In this document: piece after piece, positions 1 through 56,385 of the stretch
Layout of the letters: every line of letters starts with the position of its first letter
Numbering within the stretch: position 1 is the stretch's first letter
From: the human T2T-CHM13v2.0 reference genome, Homo sapiens
Assembly: GCF_009914755.1 (NCBI RefSeq)
Contig: NC_060939.1
Length of the DNA stretch: 64,000 bases
Reading direction: 5' to 3' (one strand)
Position numbers and translations under genes: made by a program
The notes under the pieces: generated by a model
Told to the model about the DNA's origin: nothing
The model's input: the letters and a program-made list of their open reading frames with translations, nothing else
Databases searched by the model: none

Positions 1-1269
1 TGTGTTTGTATTTCTCTCTTTACTTTGCCAGGAAAACTATTGAAACAGTCAAAGTAGCCTCCAAAATTGCTGCTCTCCAGGCATGGGAGCACCCCATTTC
101 CAGAGATTACCAAAAGATCACTGAAATTCTGTAGAACTTGTCTTGGGACTGGCCCCAAACAAATGAGAACTGGCTGAATCTGTGGGTAGAAAAATATGTG
201 AGTGACAGCAAAGAGGCTTCCAGTGAGCCCCTGCTGGTTCAGAAGACTTGACATGGCCAGCACCAAAGGATCCCTTTAGGGTACCCCCACCATGAGCCAC
301 ATACTGGGAGAAATTTCTTGTAGCACTCTGCTTTAAAACAAAACCATAATGATAACTAATCATTTCCCTGATTTTGGAAATTAACCAGAGACATCTAAAA
401 TCACCACTAGGACATCCCAATCTGCACCAGATGGCCAGGGTTATCAGCCAAAGCTGATCTCTTTCCAGGCAAAACAAAAAGTATAAACACTTTGAATTTT
501 AATCGCAGAGCAGTATTACCTAAGTAATTATACAATTTCCCTTAAGTTTAAAACAAAATAGCTTGCAGGTCCCACTTTTTTCCCTAGGCTCTATGGGCTA
601 GGAACCTCTGCAGGTGACTGTTTCAATATAGTTGTACACAATATGTTGAGACTGAGTATAGCTCCATGGGTGGTTAACTATACAATCTCCACAGTCAGCC
701 CAATGTAGTTGTAAAATTTGTGCTGAGCCCACTGGACACATTACTTCACCTCTCTGTTTCACTTCCCTAATCAATAGAATGATGCCAACACCCACCAGAT
801 AGGGCTGTGTTACGAATTAAACTGAGCAATACGTGCAAAGTTCTTAGCACAGTGCATGGCTCAGAGTAAGTGCTTAAACATTTTTGTTGATAATTGATAT
901 TATTGTTATTGGCGAAGTCTTGCTTGACTTATAAGCAGGGCCTGCCTGGAGTTGTTGGTGATTTTTTTCACAGTATGTTCCTAGATAACCTAGCTTCACC
1001 ATAGTATTTTTGAGGAAAGGAAAGAGAAGATACTGGGCCAGATGGAAGACAGCTCATCCTTCCTAATAAAACTCTTGCCCCATTGCATTCCATGCTTCCT
1101 GGTTGGGATTTTTCTAGACCAACTCAGCCACCAGTTTTATGAGGGACTGTGGGTGTGAGCAGGTCTTTAGGAGTCAGGAAGAGGAGGAGTCAGGGGGGTG
1201 GCTACACAGTGCAGGCAGCTCAATGGACAGCAGTCTTTCTGGGACCTGTGATCTAGAAGACAGGAGAAG

Positions 1270-43248
<41,979 letters not shown>

Positions 43249-45802
43249 CCTCACCTCTCCAAGCTCTGCCCCAAGTCCACACCATGGGTCTGCTTCATCG
43301 CATTAGTATAAATGCCCCCACAGGGACCAGCCTCAGATGACCCACCCAATAAGACAAAGCCTAGGGACCCCCTAATCCTGCTCAACAGAGAGAACAGGAG
43401 ACCCCAAGGGGCAGATGAACTTCCTCTAGAACCCAGGGGAAGGGACAGTGCCTTGTTCAGTCTGCTGTAGATTCTGGGGTTTCTGTGAAAGTGAGGGAAC
43501 CAGAGGCTGGTCACGGGAGCTTGGGGGTGGGGTTCGAGGGGGCAGAGGGCAACCACTCCTCCAAACATTTTCCGACGGAGCCTTCCCCCACATCCATGGT
43601 CCCAAACCTGCCCAATCATCACAGTCATTTGGAAGCTTATTTCTCCGGCATCTTATAAAATTGTTCAAACCTACAAAAAGTGAGAAGAATCATACAGTGA
43701 ACAGTGTTACCTACTTTCTAGACTCCTCAGTTAATAATTTGCTCTGTTTATCACATATTATCCATCAGTTCCTCCTCCCTCTTTCCATCTGTCAATTTAT
43801 CTGATTTTTTGGATGCATTTTCAAGTTAGGTGCAAATATCTCAGCACACCTTGCTACTTGGAGGAGCCTTCTTCAAATGCACATTCCTTGGTCCCACTAC
43901 CAGAAATTCTGATTCTGATGATCTGGGAATGAAACCTGAAATATGTATTTTCCACCAAATCCATTTGCATAGGGAGAAATAAGCAGCATCTTTCCCTGCC
44001 CCTCCTTGTGTCTTTGTCTCCCCATCTCCCTCTCTCCTGGCGCGTCCCTCAGAGCCTCTCTGGGCTCTGTATGCTGGCCTCTTCCTTCTCTCTGTGTGCT
44101 GAGTCGCTTGAGAAACAGGATGGAGACAGCCTCTTTGTGTGCCTCTCTCTGTCGTGGAAAGGCCAAGTGCCTGGGGATGAAGCGGGCTAAGCCTGGAAGC
44201 TCAGCTCAGCCACACTCTGGCTGTGTGGCCCTGGAAGCTTCCCCATGTCTGTTATTTTCATCTGTGAAATAAGCTGATGCCATCCGTCAGTCACAGTTGC
44301 TGTGAGGTGACATGAGACGCCAAGTGCTCAAGACATTCCACCTCAGTTCAGCTCCTTGCTGCTCCAGGCTTTCGTGCATCTACATCATTTCTCTTTATCC
44401 TGGCTCCCTCTGTCTCTGTTTTCCAGCCTCTGTTTGCGTCTGTCCCTGTCTGGGCAGGAGGGAACAGCAGAGGCAGCAAAGGCTCTCTCAGCACATACTG
44501 TGGGGAGGAGCGGCCCTGGGCAGAGGACAGGGTGGGCCTCACCTCCTCCATCTGAGCTGGACATTTCCATCTGTGCCACACCATGAGCTCCTGTGAGCCC
44601 CACATTTCCTGGGCATCCTCCACCTTGCAGTCAGTCCTGATAGGTTCTCTTCTTGACAGTGTAAAGCACCCTTCCCCAAGGCTGCCATCATGGGGTTGGA
44701 ACCAGGCACTTTCCAATGGGATTGTAGCTGGCACCTTTCTTTTCCATGGGTTGGAAGTCCATGGTTGCAAAGGGGGAGGTAAAGAAGCCGGATCATAACC
44801 TGGATGATGATGTCCCTTATCTAAGGTGGGGCTGGGATGCAGCAGTAGGGGTGGGTGTGACGTGCAGGGGATGAGCCAGTTGGGTGGATGGAAGAATGAA
44901 GGTGGGGGAAAGCTCTCTTCTGAAAGGGGCAATAGGAAGGGGATGGTGGAGGAAGACGCTGAGGCAGGCCCTGGGAAGGGGAAGGCAAAACATACCCTGA
45001 GGACTGGGACAGAGCAGGATGGGAGTGAGGATGTCATCTTTAAGATGTGAGGAGGAACGGGAAGAAGAATACGAGAGGAGGAGTGGGGCCTGCAGTCAAG
45101 GAGAGGCTAATTCGGTTTGGGTGGGTGGAAAGCGGGGCTCGTGCTTGCACCAAGCCTCCATCTCCCTGGACTGGGAGTCAGCAAGGCCAGGAGACCTGGT
45201 GTTGGGGCCTTCCAACCAGATCGTGTTTAATTTCCAGCAAGCCTGGGGAGGCACACAACTCACCAGGGAAACTCACACCTGGAGTTTTACCAGCCTGAGG
45301 CCACACACTCTTGGAACCTCTTTCCCTCTGTTGAGTCTGTACTTTCCCCTCTTCATCAGGCTTGGGAAGGCTTGGACAAAACGCTCTCTGGGGCACAGAA
45401 GGAAACTAAAGAGGGTGTTCTGACTTAAGGTTGGAGGATGTAAACAGGCTGTGCCAAATCATTTGGAAACGTGGCAGAATCTGTTTAGCACAGGATGTCT
45501 CACACATGCACTCAATGCACACACACACATGCATGTCACCGTTTTGGATTCTTTCCCATCTCTGTCTACACCGCCTTAACACATTTGAGCCCTGCCCTCA
45601 GTCCTTTGCCCTCTCGTAACAGATTTCCACCAGGCTCCCACCCGCATATACAAATAGTCAGCTGTTCGTTTAGGACTTAATAATATAGTGGGTGGGAGCA
45701 GGTGGAAGGACTTGGACATACGATTCTAAAATCCGTGAATGCCCACATGTGTGACGACCATATGCCCGTGTCCTGAGGTTTTCTCTCCAGACAGATTCCA
45801 GT

Positions 45803-45821
45803 TGCCCACGAGAGGGCGCTG
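45803..45821 (+). promoter_or_regulatory. CTCF-like motif
   Basis: TGCCCACGAGAGGGCGCTG against the consensus TGGCCACCAGGGGGCGCTA. Confidence 0.55.
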
Positions 45822-48800
45822 CAGAATCACGGATCTCAAGCGGGTTTGTTTCCCAGGAAGTGAGACTGGTCCGTGAGTGGCAGTTAATCAAAGGGAAAGG
45901 GGCTGGGAAGACAACGCCCTGTTCCAAAGCTCCCCACTAGAGGCAAAACCTCCAGGCTCCATCTCTGTGAAGTCAAGAGACTTCATGTTCAAGGTCAGTT
46001 TCTCTAGCTGGCAGCTTCTCACTGCCGCTGCCTTCCCCCAAAAACTCTACCCTCCCCATACCCAGTGTCCAGTTCTGGGCTTTCCTCTTTTCTGCTTGCA
46101 ACAAAATGTCCATCGGTGAGGTCAAGTTGAACTGAACAGGCCTGGCTTGGGGAGAGTTCACAGGTCCAGGTTCTGTCTGCCTCGGTGGACATGTCATCGA
46201 AGGCAGCAGGACCACACATGTGAGTGTACAGCACGCATGGTCTGACCATCTGGATGTTTCCCAGATGTGCAGATGGGCATCATCGGCCATCAACAGGAAA
46301 ATGCATCCGGATGACTGGCTGACTTTTCTTCTCTCACCAGATGTTGCCAATGCTGTAGAAACATCTGGGCCCACGACAGATAAGGCTGACACATGCAAAG
46401 AGAAGAGAGAAGGAGCAAAGGCCAGTTATCGGCACGTGTGCCCATCCTCCCCCATGAAGCTGCAAACTCCCCAAGGCCAGACATGGGGACCCAAAGCCTA
46501 GCACAGAGTGTAGACCAGATGTCGGTTCCTCCCAGGGCAAGGGGTTACTTAAATGGAATTATCCTTACAAAGAGTCTTTTGCACCTAATTGTCACTTGTA
46601 ATTTGGGGAACAAAAGCACAAACACAAGCCCACTGAACCACTTTGCCAGGTGCCATTGCACTGTTCTGTGAGGACAGCGCTGACGGAGACAGCAGGCATT
46701 CCTGAAATGACCAATCAGGCAGGGCCCTCCTGGACGAGCGGCACAAGTGCAGGCTATTAATACACTGAGCTGGGGCATTCGTGGGAGGGGAGGGGGCATG
46801 GGCAACATGGAGAGTCACCAGGCTGGCAGACAAGGTTGAAGGTAGGGAGGGATGAGGAACATTAGCCGAGACTGGCTCTGGGCCAACCTGTTGGAGACAC
46901 AGTGGACAAACCTTTGCCCTCTGGGAGGCAGGGCACTGAGTCCTACACTTGCCTCTGCCACAGTCTGCTGTGTGACCTTGGGTGTATCATTTGACCTCTC
47001 TGAGTTCTCACTTTCTTATTATAAAGTGAACAGATCAAGTATGTATGCGTTTAAGCACTTGTCATTTCTAAAAGGATACATGAAAGTATATTTATCTGTG
47101 TGCTCTGGGGAGTGGGAATGGAGGGATACAATGAAGGAAAGGATTTTGTGTTTTTGTTTTTGTTTTACTTTTTGCCCTTCTGTAAAGTTTAAGTTTTTAT
47201 TAATATTATAGTTTTATTTTAAAAAGAAACCCCAAATAGGATGTCATGTAAAAGAAAAGAAAAAACAAGTACCAAGTGTTTGATATAATCCTATTTATAA
47301 CACAGAAAATAAATGACATATGTATATCATGTGGGGATAAATAGATAAAAATACACGGAAAGACAGTTAGAAGCCAGCCTTAATCTGTCTTGGGCCCAGA
47401 CAGCCCTTATCTGTTGGGGGCCCAGATGTGTCTACAGCATTGTTAACATCTGGTGAAAGGAGAAAAGTCAGCCAGCCATCCTGATGCGTTTTCTTGCTGA
47501 TGGCCGATGATGCCCAAATGCTAAGCAGTTCGCAGTGGTTAACTGTGGAGGAGGCAAAGGAGGACTTGAATGTTTTCCTCTTATCTGTTTCCTGTATTTG
47601 TGTGTTACCTGAGTAAGGTTTCACTTCCTGTATTACTCATGTGATATTTTACTTTTTAATTTATGTACTTTTGTATGGCTTGTATCTATTTTTTAAGAGT
47701 AAAACAAAATGCAGAGATTATCTGCAGTGTTGTCTAAGATCCTGAATATTGATTTGGTATCAAGTGAAAGTATTTCGGGCCTAAGCCAGGGGACTGGCCC
47801 TCCCCGTCAGGGGTCACTCCGTGGGCTCTTCAATAAGGGAGGCTCCTATAGTGCCCATTATCAATATGCTGCTGGCCCTGAATGGCCTAAGTATTAAAAT
47901 AAAATGCCCTGTCTAGGCCCAAAACTAGTCCAGAAGGACTGTGGAGGCCGTGGGCATACACGTGAAATTGTGTGCACAGGGGCTAAGCCCAGCACCAGCC
48001 CAGCCTGGGAGTTGAGATGCCTCAGGGCACACTGTCTGTGCTAAACAAATACTCATATTAACCAGCCTTCCTGACAGATTGATGCATCTTTTTATGATCT
48101 GTCTTTACAATATGATGACTCTCTCCTTTTAAAAATAAGATTAATTCAGACAAGACATTTATTTTATGAGGAAATTCATCCCAGGGGGAAAAATACTCAA
48201 CCTGAATGGCAGAAATGGCTGGAAAGAGACTTGACTCTCAAGGAAGCTTCCAGCCTCCAACCTTAGCCACCCAGCCATGGCCCCAAAAGGGCTGCCCTAA
48301 TACTACTCAGGGACAAATGGGCCCTCTTAAACTACCCTAGCTGTGTGAGTGTAGCCTGCTGGAGAAACAAAGAAAGACAGGTAGTGAGTTTTAGTGTGGC
48401 AGGGAAGAAAAGGATGCATTTTTTGGTAAAGGAAAAAAAAATTCTGAGATTTACCCAAATTTGGCTGGACATGAGTTTATAAATACAGATTAAGCTTGTC
48501 TTTAAATAACCCTAAAGAATGTTCAAGAACAGTGAATGATTTGTCTCTGTGTCCCCAGTGACTAGAATAGCGTCACCACCTAGTAGGTGCTTGGCGTGTT
48601 TCATGAATGTTTCCACTGCTATGGTCTGTTTCAGCTGGTGACCCCATGAGGTACCCTTGGCTCCTCTATCTCCCCCATCTTCCTCCTTCAGCCAATCATC
48701 AAGCCTGTCAACATGGCATTCTAAATGCTTCTCAAGCACATTTCCTTCCCCACTGGCCCTGCCTTGGTTCAGTCCTTAAATTGCCTATTGCCTGAATTGG

Positions 48801-49282
48801 TGCATCAGAGACAGGCTGGAGAAAGGAAGACCAGTTAGCCAGAAAGGAAGCTTGGAAGACCACCCAGCTAACTGGTCTTCCTTTCTCCAGCCTGGCTCTG
48901 ATCCATCCTCCACACACTGCTGTGGGTCTGACTGCACACCTTCTTTTTGGAGGACTCTCCTATTATAGCCATCAAACTCCTGAGTCTGCTACACAAGGCC
49001 CCCCCCACATAAGCCCTAGATGAAGATCTGCTACCATTACAGCCAGTATTACCTGGCCCTTGCCTACCTCTCAGGTCTTGGCAATGTCCACCTTGCTTTT
49101 TTTACTTTAAATAGCATCATTTCGTGCTCCCCCAGGACACTGTGCAGCTTCGCACCTCCAAGCCTTTGCTTCTGCATCGCCTGACACTTGGAGCACCCTT
49201 CCCCACTTTCAGATTGAGACTTCGGAACACTTTATCATCAGCCTATCTGTAAAGACTTCCTTGCTGGTCCCTCCCATCGCAG

Positions 49283-49288
49283 AATAAA
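49283..49288 (+). terminator. Candidate distal NOX5 polyadenylation signal (would give a ~6-kb 3'UTR)
   Basis: AATAAA followed by U/GU-rich sequence. Other candidates are TATAAA at 43307 and AATAAA at 47308 and 47898. Confidence 0.45.
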
Positions 49289-49796
49289 CAGCCTGCTCCG
49301 TAGGATTGTACTGTACGTACCTACTTGTACCTACACATGTATTGGACGGTATTGTATTTGCCTACTTACTTGTCTGTGAACTCCTTGTGGGCTTTGTCTC
49401 CCCAGTGCCTAGTGATCAGAATAAGTGTTGGTGAGCTGCTGTGACTCCTTTGAGCCTCCTTCTCATTCCTTTCCCTATTTTCTCTGCTGCTCCCCTGCAA
49501 GGGTGAGAACATCCCACCATACCCGCAGGCAGACAGGACCAGTGGTACAGGTGGGTAGAGCAGCTGGCTGCCTTTCAAGGTGCACCTTCAGGGGCCCTAG
49601 AAACATCCCGCCTCCCCCCAGCTCTAGCTCTAGATCTCTCACACATGCTTTCATTCCATAGCCAGGGATCAGGTTGAATTTGCAAACCCTAGAAATCCAC
49701 TGGCAGATGTGCACTCCACCTTAAAATCACACTAAGATGGGACAGGCTGGTGACAGAGCTGCTCCCAGCTCCCCCTTGGTAAAATGAGGAGGTGGG

Positions 49797-50136
<340 letters not shown>

Positions 50137-51397
50137 CTACCTCCTCCTTCTCTTCCTCATTCTTCTTCTAACTCAAAAGAGATGAATGACTTAAAAAGCA
50201 AATGAATCAGAGATAGGGAAAGCAAAAAGAGAGGTAATTTTGCTAAGTTATTATTCAAAGGAGCTCTCTGGGACTGAGAGCAAGAGTGGCCCCATCAATC
50301 ACCTAGCAGAATGGGGCAGGCGGGGGACCCAGCAGTTGGTGTCTGTGGATATCTCTGTGCGTGAACAACCAGGCCAGGAGCCTGGGGCCCTTGCCAGATG
50401 CCACAGAGGAAAGAGGCCAGAGGGACACTGAATGGGGACAGTTAGCCCAAAGGCCTGAGAGGGCTTTACTGACCTGCTTTACTCAACAGAGCCCCCTGAA
50501 AGCCCCATTCTAGGGCGGGCCAAGAGTGGGAGGAGGGAGATATGACTGACAGGGGCGTGGCAGGAGCCTGTTCTCCCCAAGGCGTTGCTACCCTGAGGGA
50601 AGAAGCCACTGCCTCATTTGATCAGATGGGGATCCAAGCCATACTCATTCCTGTATTCCAGGCCTTGGCCTAGTGAATGCATTCTCACCTGTAAAATGGG
50701 GATGATCATAAGATTGGTACTATTAGGTAGAGTAATGGCAAGGATTAAATGAGTGAATGTACATGAGGTGCTTAACGCAGTGCCTGGCATGTAGTATATT
50801 TCAGTCAATGTTGTCTGTCATCATCCTCATCACAATTACGTTCTATGGAGGCAGGCAGGCAAAAACCAAGTAAACAGATGAATAAACAATGACATTACGG
50901 AGAGTAAGTGCTCTCAGAAAATAAAACAGGGAAGCGGCAGACAGTAAGTGCAGACAGGAGCACGGGTACCTGGAGTCAATCCCCTGGGGCGCACATGCCA
51001 GGAGTTGTGTGATGACAGGAAGTCATGAAATGCTTGGTGTTTTAGTTATTCCTTTACCCCGTAAAGTGAGGGCAGCAATGCCCACCTCACCATGGAGAGT
51101 GTGTGTGGGAGGGGGCATAGTGTGTGAGAATGTATGTGAGTGCACGTGGTGTGAGTATGTGCATTTGGGGAGGAGGTAGAGAATTGGATAAGGTACAACT
51201 GTAAACTATCAGCATTGGGGCACAAAGGTTCAATAAATGCTGATCATTGTTCCTGCCTATGACAAGCCTCAATAGATACTAATTCAATGATAATGTGATT
51301 TAGAAATTTCCCAGATGTTAGGACTTTCTCAGGGAAAGGTTATTCAACAGGGAGGTCGCTGTGGGTCCCCCACCTTGCATGCACCCCTCCGCAGCTC

Positions 51398-51416
51398 CAC
51401 TGCCCCCTGGAGGTCT
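51398..51416 (-). promoter_or_regulatory. CTCF-like motif
   Basis: Reverse complement AGACCTCCAGGGGGCAGTG. Confidence 0.55.
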
Positions 51417-54400
51417 CTGCAGCCCCTCATCTTCACGTCCTTTGTGACCAAGCCACATTTGGAGGCCTAATAAATGCCTTCCCTTCCTGAGAGGACCATC
51501 AGGCTATGGCACTGCCCCTCCCTGCATCCTTCTCCAAACACTGATGATCCTGGGCTGCAAGAGGTGGGTGGAGATCCACTCCCAGCCCCTCCAGCTCATT
51601 AGCGGTGCATTATGAATTCCGGGGATAATGTGTGTGATTTCCTCTCCTGATTGCTGCTGAAATCTCCTGCCTGTTTATCAAATCTGAGCCATGCTCTGCA
51701 GCCCTCTGCTCCTTGGCTCTGGGCTCTTCTTCTCCAGAGGAGGAAAACAAGGAAATGCTCCTAGGGGATTCCGGCTCTAGAGAAGAGGATGATGGTGACA
51801 GTGAGCAGGAAATAAGGTTGGCTTTAGGGGCAGAGGGCAGAAGGGCTCCATAAAGCCCCTGACCCCCGACCCAGAGCCACACTGAGGCTAAACTCCCAGG
51901 GAGAAAAACCCTACTAAATCAGGTGAGACCTACTCTGTCACCATTAGAGAACCACTCATTCATTCATTCACCCCACAGGCATTGGCTGAGTGTCCGCCTC
52001 GTGTCAGGCACTGTATCAGTTAACAAGGATACCAAGATGAAGCATAGGCCCTGCCCTAGAGTGAGAGGGAAACACACAGGCCCATAGTGCCAATACAAGG
52101 GGCAGATGCCAGCACAGTCCTCATGAGGTGCTGGGGCAGCATGAAGGAGAGAGGAAGCAAGGTCAGGGTGGGGGCGAGATGACCCCAGGCGGTGGTCTTG
52201 AAGGAGAAATGAGACTTCACCAGCTGGAAAACAGGGGAGGGGGAGGGTATATCTGTGCACACGAGTCCAGGCGTGTGAAAAGACCCAGAAGTGTGAGTTG
52301 CTGGGTGGGATCAGCCCATCCTGGGGTGGCTGGAGGCCAGGTCAGGAGGCAGCGAGAGAGGAGCACAGGCGCAGTGATGGACCTCGAGGCTGTGCCAAGG
52401 AGTCTGTCTTTAATCTGAAAGCAAGGAAGATCCACTAAAAGGTGTAAAGCAAGGGCATGTTTGGTCCCATCTACCTTTTAGTGAATCTTCCTTGCTTTTA
52501 ATACCTTTTAGCGTTAAAAGCACTAAAATCAGGCGATGAGACCAGACACACCCTTGCTTTAACACCTTTTAGTGGATATTCCTTGTTTTAACACCTTTTA
52601 GTGGGATGGGGATGGGCCTGGACGTCATGGGTCAACACCTTTAACAGCTGTGAGCAGGGCATGTTCCCTAGAAGGAGCATGGGCAGGACAGGCAGGGAAA
52701 GTGCCTATGACAATGACTGCTTTGAACTGCGTATTCAGTTGCCACCAGATCCCTTTTCACTTTCTCTGGGCACGGGTTGTTTCAGATGTGTGCGTGTCAT
52801 CTCCTGCCAGTCTGAAAGCCCCCCGAAGCTGGATCCTTCCTTCCCTCTTCACATGTCCTTCTTGGAAAAGACCGTAGGAAACAGCAAGCACTCAATAAGG
52901 ACTTTTTGCCTCATCTTGGATTGTTTCAATGCCATTTTACAGTTATTTCACTATTTCCTTACTGTTTGCAATGATATATTTGCCATGGAATGTTTACCTT
53001 CTCCAGTGTCTGCCTCCCCTGCAAACACAGAGACAACCCAACTCTGACTACCTGCCCAATTTCCTTCTCCCTTGCAAACTGAACCCTGCCTTGTTCTGGG
53101 CAGCCCCAGGTCATAAACAGTGACCAAGTTAACCATGAAGATTCTGAGGTAGCCACAGGCCTGGTTCTCCAGTGACGGTAAGGAGGGATCTGCTGGGGAT
53201 TCTGGGGAAGCTTTTGCTCTTCTGCTGAAAGGAACAAGGGAGGCTGATCCACCTCTTTCTCCTGCTTCCTGTCTTGACTGAGATTCCTGGACATCCTGAG
53301 GTCTCCAATGCCCATGAGGCAGAAGCCCCAGGCATTCAGGACAGTGACAAGGCCCTGCCCTGATCCGGGCTGCCTTCTTGCTCTATGAGGGAAAGAAGTT
53401 TGTTTTTCTCTCTGCTCTTTCCCAGCTCCTAGAACAGCGCCTGGTATGTGGTGGCCACTCAATCATCCTTTGTGGGCTGAGGGAAGGTCTACATTGCTTA
53501 GGCCACTGTTAGCTGGGAGTTCTGTTACTTACAATTGAACATATGCCTAACTCAGTAACTGTGAAAAATAATAACAGTATATGCTAAGTTTATAAATGGA
53601 GTAAACTGGGTAGAATCATAAACTAAGGTACCACCCTAAAATTTGAAGAAAGATGCTGTCATGAGCCACCTGTTTTCCTGACCCCTCAGTCTTTCTCTGC
53701 CCAGAGCTGGAACCACTTGCCCCTTGCCCCCTCCAACTTGCACTTGCACCCCTCTTCCTCAAGGGACTGGCAGAATGGCTCATTTTCCTATGAGTCCACA
53801 TTTCATAGTACAGGTCATCACCTTTTGGCCTTGCCTTGACTCCCAGAGCTGAGGATTCAAGTATGACCCAGATCTTCCCAGACTGGAGAGCTTCAAAGCC
53901 CCACCAAAGACCAGGAAGGGAGAGAAGCAAAGAAAGGAAAACCCTGAAGTCATTCCTGCCATATGGCTACAGCCTTGCATCATCCCTGATGTGAGCCATT
54001 AACCTGCCAACTACCAACCAATTAGCTCTGGTCTCGGCTGTGCTTCCCTAGCTTATGTCTCTGCTTCTCATCAGCCACACAGAGGGGCCCTTATAACCCC
54101 CACCCCTTGGGGGCTGTCCTTGGGGGAGGCCTAAAAGGGTCCTCTATAAACAGCTTAAACACATCTTTCTGAGCCCCCTCCAATGGGTGCTGAAGAGGAA
54201 GTTTCCCCCAGGAGACTCCACAATCAGGGGCATTTATAAAGGGATTATGCTGCCATTCACAAATTATGTTTTTACCAAACGGAATGAAGAAAATGAAGAT
54301 CATGAAATAACCAGCTTTCCTGAGGTCCCTGCTGCAGGCCTAGAACCTGACTTGGCAAGATCCCCTTTGAGACCCATTATTTTTATGTCCAGCTGATATC

Positions 54401-54789
54401 AAACTTGAGTTTCTCAGCTCCCACTCCACATGCTCCTATTTTATTGCTATGTTGCTGTCAATGCCCCCCATTTCCAACCCCAGCCATTGTCTGAACTGGC
54501 ACCTGCCCTTTCCTTCAAAATCCAGCTCAAGACTCTCTCCCTGTAGGAGTGTTCCTGACCCTAACTGAACCCTAATGACCCCATCACTAAACAGTCTGTT
54601 TACATCATACTTCCAAACACACACGTGTGTGTGGATTAGTAAATGTCTAGAATCTTTATACTTGCCTTTGTACAATCTTCTTGCCCAAACTAAGTTCCTG
54701 AGGGAAGTTGCGGGCAGTTCCTCTATATATCTCCTAATGAGAATCCATGATTTGGTACATAGTGAAAGCTCAAAAATATTGCTGACTTT

Positions 54790-55340
54790 TTCAATAATCT
54801 GTTGCTTTTTAATACACCAATGCAAAAGTGAATGGCTTAAGACAACCATTCTGTCATCTCTCATGAGTCCAAAGGTTGACTGGGATCAGCTGGGTGGTTC
54901 TTCTGTTGCACATGATAGCAGCTGGGGCTGCGGTCATCTGGGGACTACTGGGCTGAAGTATCCAGGATAAGTCACTCACTTCGCTGGTGCCTTGAGGGGG
55001 TGGATGGAGGCCTGGCTCAGTTGTGAAGCTGGGACAGTTGGACCTCCCTTCCTCCCTGTCTTCCTCTATCCATATATTCTCAAGGTCTCTCCTTCTCCAC
55101 TTGTTCTATGTGATCTCTCCAGCACAGAGAGACCACACTTCTTACATAGTGACTTGAGGATCCCCAAAGCACAAAAGTATAAGATTTGAGGATTTTTAAA
55201 ACTTAGACCACAAACAGCTTAGTGTCACTTCCAACACACTTTATTGGTTAAAGCAAGTCACAGGCCAGCTCAGATTCAGTGTGGGAGGGGATCACACAAG
55301 GGTGATGTGATTCACTAGGGGAGGTCTGATTTGCTAGGGA
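54790..55340 (-). mobile_element. MLT1-type MaLR LTR (old)
   Basis: aatggcttaagacaacc ... tgtcacttccaacacactttattggttaaagcaagtcacaggccagc; approximate boundaries. Confidence 0.6.
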
Positions 55341-55482
55341 ACATCTTGGGATACTAGCTACCCCTTGACTGAATGCCCAGTAACATTTATGGAGGCCAGG
55401 GTCTGGTTGTCATTAGTGACGAGATTACTATAAAAAACCTCAGCTGTCTCTTCCTCAGACTATTTTCATCAAGAATAAAAAG

Positions 55483-55484
<2 letters not shown>

Positions 55485-55526
<42 letters not shown>

Positions 55527-55532
55527 CACACA
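55485..55532. repeat. (CA)n microsatellite (others at 3286-3363 and 4310-4337)
   Basis: Seen directly. Confidence 0.95.
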
Positions 55533-55712
55533 TACTCATACCACCTGGAAAACCACCATTCCAACCTGTAAAAAATATAAAAAAATCTCTAAGAGGGTGA
55601 AAATGTGCATATTATGAAGGAAAGATTAAACACCATCACTATTAGCTGTCCATTTTAAAAAGATGTCTTAAATACATTTTTTCATTTGATCTTGATTCCC
55701 ATCCCCATTTTA

Positions 55713-55970
<258 letters not shown>

Positions 55971-55974
55971 TTAT

Positions 55975-56385
55975 GCCTATCAATGATAGACTGGATAAAG
56001 AAAATGTGGCAGATATGCACCATGGAATACTATGCAGCCATTAAAAAGGATGAGTTCATGTCCTTTGCAGGGACATGGATGAAGCTGGAAACCATCTTTC
56101 TCAGCAAATTAACACAAGAACAGAAAACCAAACACCACATGTTCTCACTCATAAGTGGGAGCTGAACAATGAGAACACATGGACACAGGGAAGGGAACAT
56201 CACACACTGGGGCCTGTCTTGGGGTTGGGGGGCTAGGGGAGGGATAGCATCAGTTGAAATATCTAGTGTAGATGATGGGTTGATGGGTGCAGCAAACCAC
56301 CATGGCACTTGTATACCTATGTAACAAACCTGCACATTCTGCACATGTACCCCAGAACTTAAAGTTTAATTTTTTTTAAAAAAGT
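55975..56385 (+). mobile_element. L1PA 3' end (ORF2 C-terminus and 3'UTR)
   Basis: DWIKKMW..TMEYYAAIKKDEFMSFAGTWMKLETI; G-rich 3'UTR; gtaccccagaacttaaag. Confidence 0.93.

Noticed and set aside
1000-1269. Core promoter elements for NOX5 exon 1
   Set aside because: No clear TATA box or CpG island; the start site cannot be placed from sequence alone.
44348-45037. 229-aa minus-strand ORF
   Set aside because: Low-complexity Pro/Ser-rich, no recognisable domain or splice support; antisense to the 3'UTR.
52418-52604. CRISPR-like or MITE interpretation of the repeat cluster
   Set aside because: Repeats are irregular and in mixed orientation with no unique spacers or TSD, and the context is mammalian.
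55975-56385. Active L1
   Set aside because: Only about 400 bp of diverged 3' end.
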